From: a virus
Virus record (IMG/VR): IMGVR_UViG_3300032242_000468
Span: 55,274-119,273 of that record
Strand: one strand, 5' to 3'
Length of the DNA: 64,000 nt
The position numbers and the translations under genes are program-made. A model generated the notes under the pieces. That model was not told where the DNA came from. It saw nothing but the letters and a program-made list of their open reading frames with translations, and searched no databases. Of this stretch, positions 58,322 through 64,000 are shown in pieces (within the stretch, counting starts at the first letter, position 1; each line of letters starts with the position of its first letter).

Positions 58322-59071
58322 TTATCTTGGGGCAAACTCTTGTTGAAGTTTAATGTTATCAAAGAATTCTTTCTTTGTATTTCCGTCTGTATTAAAAGCA
58401 CCTTTGAGCACAGTTGTCTGTGTTAATGAACTATGTGCCATAATACCTCGATTCTCACAACATCCGTGTGTCATCTGCATGTATACACCGATGTCATCTG
58501 CGCCTGTGGCCTTGCCTATTTCTTTAGCAATGTCATTACAAAGTTCCTCCTGGAGAGTACCTCGTCTGGCACACCACTGAGCGATTCTGCTGTATTTTGA
58601 GAGACCGATAAGTTTTTGTGCGGCAATAATACCAATATAAGCAACACCAGCCACAGGTTGGTGATGATGGCTACACATAGAGCGAAGCTCACTGCGGACA
58701 ACCAACATACCTTGATAGCGGTCCTCCGAATCATTTGGGAACGCTGTTGCGTCTGGTCTTGAATCATATCTTCCACTCATCACCTCATTAATGTACATTT
58801 TTGCTAATCGCTTGGCAGTACCTTTACTGCTTGGATCAGTCTCTGTATCGATTAGCAGAGTTTTAAGCACCTGTTCAAATGCCGACGTTGCTTCTTCGAT
58901 TAGTTGTTTTCTAATAGCAGGACTATCTACGTATTCACTGATATTGTCATTTGCCCAGAATCTTTTACCATCACGCCTCATTTTGAAACGCAACACATCT
59001 GCCAATGTTGATTCTTCGTAGCCGCCGTCTCCGGCCATTGCGTCTAACGCAGTTTCTTTTTTCTTCTTCAA
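58322..59071 (-). CDS. folE: GTP cyclohydrolase I
   Basis: TAKRLAKMY, SMCSHHHQP, IGLSKYSRI, LQEE, HGCCENRG motifs. TTG start with GGAG RBS. Confidence 0.95.
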   Translation of the reverse strand: MKKKKETALDAMAGDGGYEESTLADVLRFKMRRDGKRFWANDNISEYVDSPAIRKQLIEEATSAFEQVLKTLLIDTETDPSSKGTAKRLAKMYINEVMSGRYDSRPDATAFPNDSEDRYQGMLVVRSELRSMCSHHHQPVAGVAYIGIIAAQKLIGLSKYSRIAQWCARRGTLQEELCNDIAKEIGKATGADDIGVYMQMTHGCCENRGIMAHSSLTQTTVLKGAFNTDGNTKKEFFDNIKLQQEFAPR

Positions 59072-59111
59072 GTTATTCTCCGATGTTGAGGCAGTGGATT
59101 GCCATTTGTTT

Positions 59112-59140
59112 ATAATACAGGATTATTTAGGTTCTGTCAA
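59112..59140 (-). promoter_or_regulatory. Near-consensus sigma70 promoter with embedded TAAATA, upstream of folE
   Basis: TTGACA-gaaccTAAATAatcctg (17 bp)-TATTAT. Confidence 0.7.
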
Positions 59141-59923
59141 GCGCAGTAAAGTATTTTTCTTTACCGCGGCATCAACAACATTCATATTTAGACCGAGCAT
59201 CTCAGCATACTTTAATAATGCGGAAGTGTCTTTGGGAAAACAAGCACCTCCAAATCCAAATGCGCCATCTGGACCTGGTACTTGTAAATGACTGCTACCG
59301 ATACGATTGTCTGCTTTGATCATAGCAGAAATCTTGCCATAGTTCAGTCCAGACTTTTGGGCTACATTATATAGTTCATTCATGAATACAACTTTGGTTG
59401 CCAAGAATGAATTGATAGCATATTTTGCCAATGCGGCGTCGCCGATAGAACAATAGTATACTGATTCGATATTACGCTGAGATAATCTAATAACTTTTTC
59501 TGCTGTGTTTATATGATCAAATTCACGACCGCCAATAAACGCAAATGTGCCTCCTGCATAATCTCTTACGGCATTAGCCGCAGTTAGAAATTCTGGAGAA
59601 TGTACCAGATTAAGATATTCATTGTTTAGACGAGCGTAGGCATCAGGTGGAGCGGTACATTTACTAATAATAGTACCATTAAAATTAACTGCACGTAGTT
59701 TGGCTAATACGTCTTCTAAGATAGAGGTATCACAACTACCGTCATCGCCTTGTGGGCTTGGAACACATACAAATACCGCCGTACATTTAACTAGATCTTC
59801 ATATGAACTATTATATCCCTTAGCAGGATCAATTAATACAAGTGGTGTAATATTACTATAGACATCAAATGCTTCTTTAATAGCATTGCCTACAAAACCT
59901 AATCCAATAATTCCGACTTTCAT
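59123..59923 (-). CDS. UDP-glucose/GDP-mannose dehydrogenase family protein (short form)
   Basis: GLGFVG Rossmann motif, FVCVPSP, SPEFL, KYAINSFLATKVVFMNE, GFGGACFPKD. Lacks the C-terminal domain of full-length Ugd. Confidence 0.9.
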   Translation of the reverse strand: MKVGIIGLGFVGNAIKEAFDVYSNITPLVLIDPAKGYNSSYEDLVKCTAVFVCVPSPQGDDGSCDTSILEDVLAKLRAVNFNGTIISKCTAPPDAYARLNNEYLNLVHSPEFLTAANAVRDYAGGTFAFIGGREFDHINTAEKVIRLSQRNIESVYYCSIGDAALAKYAINSFLATKVVFMNELYNVAQKSGLNYGKISAMIKADNRIGSSHLQVPGPDGAFGFGGACFPKDTSALLKYAEMLGLNMNVVDAAVKKNTLLRLTEPK

Positions 59924-60375
59924 TTTACTTTTTTTCCCATAAGAATTGATACAGGAGTAATATCTAATTTCTCAAGTATTCTAAGATGTTCGTGATTTTT
60001 AACATGAACTATTCCGGTTATAAAATTACAATCGTTATCTAATGCAATTTTATCTAAATACTTGTGCATAATTTTAAAAATTCCTTTTTTTCTGTTATCA
60101 GGAGTGACATAACTTAATATTTTATGTAAACTTTTTGAAATCCTTATTTCTATTATTATACACCCTAAAATTTTACTATCTTGCTCTGCATAAATTCCAA
60201 TAAATTTACTTGATTCTTTCCATTGTGCTTCGGTCATAGGCCATGCCCACCCCCTTTCTACTAACTCTGCATGTCCGTTCCTATAAAGTTGTTCAATTGA
60301 ATGATTAACAATATTATCGACATAATGTACATTGATTATATTTCCGAGTTTATCTATATCACTACCGACTTTCAA
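59920..60375 (-). CDS. GNAT-family acetyltransferase
   Basis: YVTPDNRKKGIFK acetyl-CoA binding motif and later VHVKN. Very AT-rich. Confidence 0.7.
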   Translation of the reverse strand: MKVGSDIDKLGNIINVHYVDNIVNHSIEQLYRNGHAELVERGWAWPMTEAQWKESSKFIGIYAEQDSKILGCIIIEIRISKSLHKILSYVTPDNRKKGIFKIMHKYLDKIALDNDCNFITGIVHVKNHEHLRILEKLDITPVSILMGKKVK

Positions 60376-61436
60376 TTAATATTCTCCAATAGTTCACGGG
60401 CAGAAAAGAAATTGTCTGTTAAACTTTCTGCTTGTTGTTTTAATTTAGGTAAACGTGTGTGATAGTAATCCATATGGCTTATAATAGCACGACATAAATC
60501 AGGACGGTATATATTATACGAATCCCAACTTTCTGTCCATTTACTCTCATACTTAAAAATGTCATAATACATTTCGCTATATGATAGTCGATCTGGTACC
60601 ATAGGAATAGCATCTACAAGAGCACCTTCATAACAGCCTATGCCTAATGTCTCTTGTAAAGAACAACTAAACACTAGTTTAGCCTCGCCTAACAAATTGT
60701 GATATTCGTTCTTGGTTAGTTGTTGATCCTGACAAACAACAAATTCATATTGTGGTAAGTGATTTTTTAGATCTCTAAAAAGCTCAACCTGTTTCTCGGG
60801 AGCAATACGATGTGGGAAAACAATAAGATCACGTTTGGGCATGTTCTTATATGCAGTTAATGTTCCATTCATATACTCCATTGGCCAGCCTGTGCGTACA
60901 ATTTTTGTATCGTATAATTCTTTAGCAGGAGTAAATCCTAATAAGTTTTCGCAGAATAATTCAATATGAAATTGCGTAGCAAAGTAGTTGTGATCAAATG
61001 CGTGATAGAAACTCTTTTCTGCGTGACGTACCCAGGGATTATCTCCAACTAAGCGTCCGAGAAAGTCTTGAGGATCATAACTACCAGCATGCCATAGGCC
61101 GTGTGTTACTACTGGAATGTTCAGTAGTTCACTCATGTACTTTAGATTTATAATCCCAGGATGCCAAGCATCATAAAATACAAAATGATCACCAGGCTTA
61201 ACAGATCCTGAGCAGAATAAACGACCCATCTGCTCCACCTGAGATGACTTATATATATTGGTACCACCAAAATTGAGGAAAGCACCAGGAGTAGTGGCGT
61301 TAGGAATATCCGTAGGGCCATCGATAATTTGAACATTGTGTCCTGCCTTTTTTAATAACGCAGGTACATGAGTCTTCCACTGACTTGTGTACCTAGTCTC
61401 AACTGCTTCTAAGTCAACTAAAAAAACTTTTGCCAT
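60372..61436 (-). CDS. GT-B glycosyltransferase
   Basis: FPHRIAPEKQ...SCSLQETLGIGCYEG...VPDRLSYSEM (EX7E motif). Confidence 0.85.
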   Translation of the reverse strand: MAKVFLVDLEAVETRYTSQWKTHVPALLKKAGHNVQIIDGPTDIPNATTPGAFLNFGGTNIYKSSQVEQMGRLFCSGSVKPGDHFVFYDAWHPGIINLKYMSELLNIPVVTHGLWHAGSYDPQDFLGRLVGDNPWVRHAEKSFYHAFDHNYFATQFHIELFCENLLGFTPAKELYDTKIVRTGWPMEYMNGTLTAYKNMPKRDLIVFPHRIAPEKQVELFRDLKNHLPQYEFVVCQDQQLTKNEYHNLLGEAKLVFSCSLQETLGIGCYEGALVDAIPMVPDRLSYSEMYYDIFKYESKWTESWDSYNIYRPDLCRAIISHMDYYHTRLPKLKQQAESLTDNFFSARELLENIN

Positions 61437-61657
61437 TATCTATACTTTTTGTGCTTGTTTTCATAACGCGGTTTAAACTCTCCTCCGTTTTGTTTACGAG
61501 AAAAGTATTTGTATTCCTGTGACCTATATAAATCACCGGGATTAAAAGGGAGCATGTTAAACCTACAGTAATCTAACCACGCATCAAGATCATCGAAGAT
61601 CTTTTCAACTTCGGGTTTCATACGTAGAGTTTTTGTAACATAGCCTGGAAGCGACAT
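61436..61657 (-). CDS. Hypothetical protein
   Basis: ATG 61657 with TAAGGA RBS, coupled to the glycosyltransferase gene. Confidence 0.65.
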   Translation of the reverse strand: MSLPGYVTKTLRMKPEVEKIFDDLDAWLDYCRFNMLPFNPGDLYRSQEYKYFSRKQNGGEFKPRYENKHKKYR

Positions 61658-61667
61658 CTTAATTTCC

Positions 61668-62057
61668 TTAATATTTGATGAATGAACCATTTTCTCCGTC
61701 TTCGGAGACCTCAATCCAAATCTCACGACCTGGATACTTTTGTGAGATAGTGTCGTACAGTTCGTCTGACATCATCTCGCAACTCTTATAATCTAATTTA
61801 AGTATACTATCTTTGTAAAGGTTTTCCAACCAGCGTTTGAATTGAATAAACTCAATATCTCGATCGTTATGAACTACACTGATCCATACACGAAAATGGA
61901 AAATATGTCGATGAGGAGTACCAAGGAATGATACATCATATTCATCGCCTGTAGCCAATGCAGGATCTGTTGCGGCGGCTGGATAGCAGTGAATACCTTC
62001 TTTCTGGAACGTCACCCAGATCATTTTGTTTGGACGGATGTCTTGCTTAATTATCAT
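61668..62057 (-). CDS. QueD-like (6-pyruvoyl-tetrahydropterin synthase/T-fold) protein
   Basis: EGIHCYP...PHRHIFHF...DIEF...SCEMM...IEVSEDGENG, the His/Glu pattern of the PTPS family, in context with folE and queE. Confidence 0.7.
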   Translation of the reverse strand: MIIKQDIRPNKMIWVTFQKEGIHCYPAAATDPALATGDEYDVSFLGTPHRHIFHFRVWISVVHNDRDIEFIQFKRWLENLYKDSILKLDYKSCEMMSDELYDTISQKYPGREIWIEVSEDGENGSFIKY

Positions 62058-62583
62058 AATCAAATAAACTTTCAAAAACAGATTTTATTGGAGCAAACTT
62101 TTTGTGGAATTGATATCCGTCGTCTATATTTCCGATTGGATATTCTCCATAAAACTTTTTATGATTTTCTATCAACTCAATTTCTGCACTTTGTATTTCG
62201 GATGTTGTGTTTATAGTTTGAAAAGGGTAATTATCAAAACTCCAAAGAGTTACAACTATATTGTTATGATTCATACCGGTAGAATATCTATTTTTATATT
62301 CTTTATTGTAAAACAAGAATTCACTACCATTGCCGCCTATTAATTTATAGGCTCCCCAACTATCTAGATGTCCAATTTGTCTATAAATTCTTTCACCATG
62401 TTGGGTAGTAGATGCGTCAGTCATACCATATTTGACAGTATGATTTTCATGCCTTATCTCGTATGTGCCTTTACTGACTCCTAAACGTTTGACAATACTC
62501 ATAATTTCCGAAGGTTCAAGTAAACCTTTAAGTGGAAATTGATATATTTGCGTTGCATTCCAATTAGTTTGACGTGTTATCAT
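62047..62583 (-). CDS. GIY-YIG-like nuclease, possibly a homing endonuclease
   Basis: GTYEI...VKYGMT...GERIYRQ...AEIELI...PIGN pattern. AT-rich. Confidence 0.5.
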   Translation of the reverse strand: MITRQTNWNATQIYQFPLKGLLEPSEIMSIVKRLGVSKGTYEIRHENHTVKYGMTDASTTQHGERIYRQIGHLDSWGAYKLIGGNGSEFLFYNKEYKNRYSTGMNHNNIVVTLWSFDNYPFQTINTTSEIQSAEIELIENHKKFYGEYPIGNIDDGYQFHKKFAPIKSVFESLFDYDN

Positions 62584-63109
62584 TTAAAATCTCATCTCCT
62601 GTATACTGATCCCAGTCAGTAAACTTGTCGGTTGATAAAAGGTCGTGTAGTCTGTGACACCACACGCCGGGGTTAGTAGCGGCAAAGTCTTTGTCGTCTA
62701 TCTTTAGTGTAGCATTATATCCCAGTTGTTGTAAATAGGGCAATTTAACCGAAATCTGAGGAATAAACTTTCTGTTCTCAGTAAGTCCTGATTCCAAAAC
62801 ACCTTCAGTTTCTTTTACATCAAAATCTAATGTACACCAATATCCTCGATCCAAACAGGGGGTAATCATACTTTCCCAAAGTCTCCAAGTAACTCCGTCA
62901 TTAACTCCGCCTGTGCGGAAACTTTGATTAGCACCAAAATAAATATGCTTTACATTTTCAGCCTTAGCCATTGCCAAAATTTCTTGTAGATTTTGAACAC
63001 CTACCACAAATAGTGTTTCCATTCCATAAGCAGGTGTATGTTCTACTTCTATACCTGAGAAGAATACTACATCTTCTTCAATTTGACCTTCTTCGTATTC
63101 TCTTTTCAT
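62564..63109 (-). CDS. Hypothetical protein of modification cluster
   Basis: 181-aa ORF coupled by an ATGA overlap to the TGT-like gene. Confidence 0.75.
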   Translation of the reverse strand: MKREYEEGQIEEDVVFFSGIEVEHTPAYGMETLFVVGVQNLQEILAMAKAENVKHIYFGANQSFRTGGVNDGVTWRLWESMITPCLDRGYWCTLDFDVKETEGVLESGLTENRKFIPQISVKLPYLQQLGYNATLKIDDKDFAATNPGVWCHRLHDLLSTDKFTDWDQYTGDEILNDNTSN

Positions 63110-63999
63110 ACTGTTACTTTTTCTTCTAATGTTCTTAATGTAGGATCATCCTGTTGATCAAACAGTACTGTTACGCCATCTGGAGCACGTTGTAACATAG
63201 TTTCTCCCTCAATAGTAAACAACGATCCGAATGTGTTTTGAGCGGGACCTCCCTGCAGTCGAGCACCTTCTAGACTACGTAAGAATGATAAACCATCATT
63301 AATCATTTGGAATGCTTCGTCTTTAGTCTTTGTATTAAACAACTCTTCAATAAAATTAGAAAAATATAAAATTCTGCGTGGAACCCAATCGCTGTACTCT
63401 TTTTCTTTTTTGCCTTCAATGCCGGCTAGTCTCCAATTGAGTTTATATTTGGCACATTCTATGTCCATTAATTCTTGAGCACGTTGTACAGCAACAATAT
63501 GACATTCGACATTATGACCCATCATTAAGGCATAGGCAAAACTATCCCACGAAGTTTTACCTTCTTTGCCGATCTTGTTTAACATGCCCGGCGCATAATG
63601 ACAGATGTCTGCCATTGTCAATCTGCGACCGACTGTGCTTTCAAACGGGAATGGTATGTCGCTTCCAGCAAGGGCTTTATTGTCTGGGGCTTTGTCCATA
63701 ATAACACTCCACCTTTTTGGACTGTGTTGTGCGTTTGTGTAGACAAGTCCGTGCGCGGTTGCGATGAACGGTGAGGCGCAGTCAAAAGATATGGTAAGCT
63801 CTTCATTGATGTGTTTCCTAATTTGACGTTGAATTAAAGTTAGATAGCATGACCAATCTAACTGTGCTGTACCCAAGAAGTGGATCCAGTTTTTGCCTTC
63901 TAGCAAACCTTCATCTCTAAGCGTCATCATACGCTTAAGAGTAATATCCATTTTACACATATTAGCACCACCAAAAGCCCAACCTTCTGCTTCTTTACC
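63106..63999 (-). CDS. DpdA/TGT-like transglycosylase (5'-truncated by window edge)
   Basis: The frame stays open to the window end, adding EGWAFGGAN before MCK. TGT-fold motifs GWAFGG, IHFLG, SFDCASP, HN; folE/queD/queE nearby. Confidence 0.75.
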   Translation of the reverse strand, partial: GKEAEGWAFGGANMCKMDITLKRMMTLRDEGLLEGKNWIHFLGTAQLDWSCYLTLIQRQIRKHINEELTISFDCASPFIATAHGLVYTNAQHSPKRWSVIMDKAPDNKALAGSDIPFPFESTVGRRLTMADICHYAPGMLNKIGKEGKTSWDSFAYALMMGHNVECHIVAVQRAQELMDIECAKYKLNWRLAGIEGKKEKEYSDWVPRRILYFSNFIEELFNTKTKDEAFQMINDGLSFLRSLEGARLQGGPAQNTFGSLFTIEGETMLQRAPDGVTVLFDQQDDPTLRTLEEKVTV

Positions 64000-64000
64000 A

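Noticed and set aside
61436-61726. Longer 96-aa start for the small ORF
   Set aside because: It overlaps the QueD-like gene; ATG 61657 has a clear TAAGGA RBS.
1-64000. Stop-codon reassignment, introns or inteins, tRNA genes
   Set aside because: Core genes are full length in the standard code with no interruptions, and I saw no cloverleaf or intron core motifs by eye. tRNAscan and Rfam were not run.

Overview
A 64-kb segment of a large T4-related (myovirus-type) bacteriophage genome. It is AT-rich, densely coding and reads in the standard genetic code. From left to right it holds: (i) a minus-strand head module (partial virion protein, major capsid, scaffold, prohead protease, acidic core protein, portal) directly downstream of a tape-measure-like gene; (ii) a divergent gp26/gp51-like gene pair joined by a T-TTT-TTC -1 frameshift signal; (iii) a ~430-nt highly structured non-coding element right after a GIY-YIG (EndoII-like) nuclease gene, followed by gp46/gp47 and a gp55-like late sigma factor; (iv) a 32-kb plus-strand baseplate/fibre operon with a 4491-aa protein and four paralogous fibre genes; (v) a minus-strand region with a MoxR-type AAA/VWA pair, RNase H and a 7-deazaguanine DNA-modification cluster (DpdA/TGT-like, QueD-like, FolE, QueE) interleaved with glycosyltransferase, nucleotide-sugar dehydrogenase, GNAT and cupin genes. 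TAAATA late-promoter motifs and sigma70-type promoters recur in the intergenic gaps. The best novelty candidates are the nuclease-linked structured RNA, the extended deazaguanine cluster and the frameshifted chaperone. All product calls come from motif recognition and synteny, not database searches.
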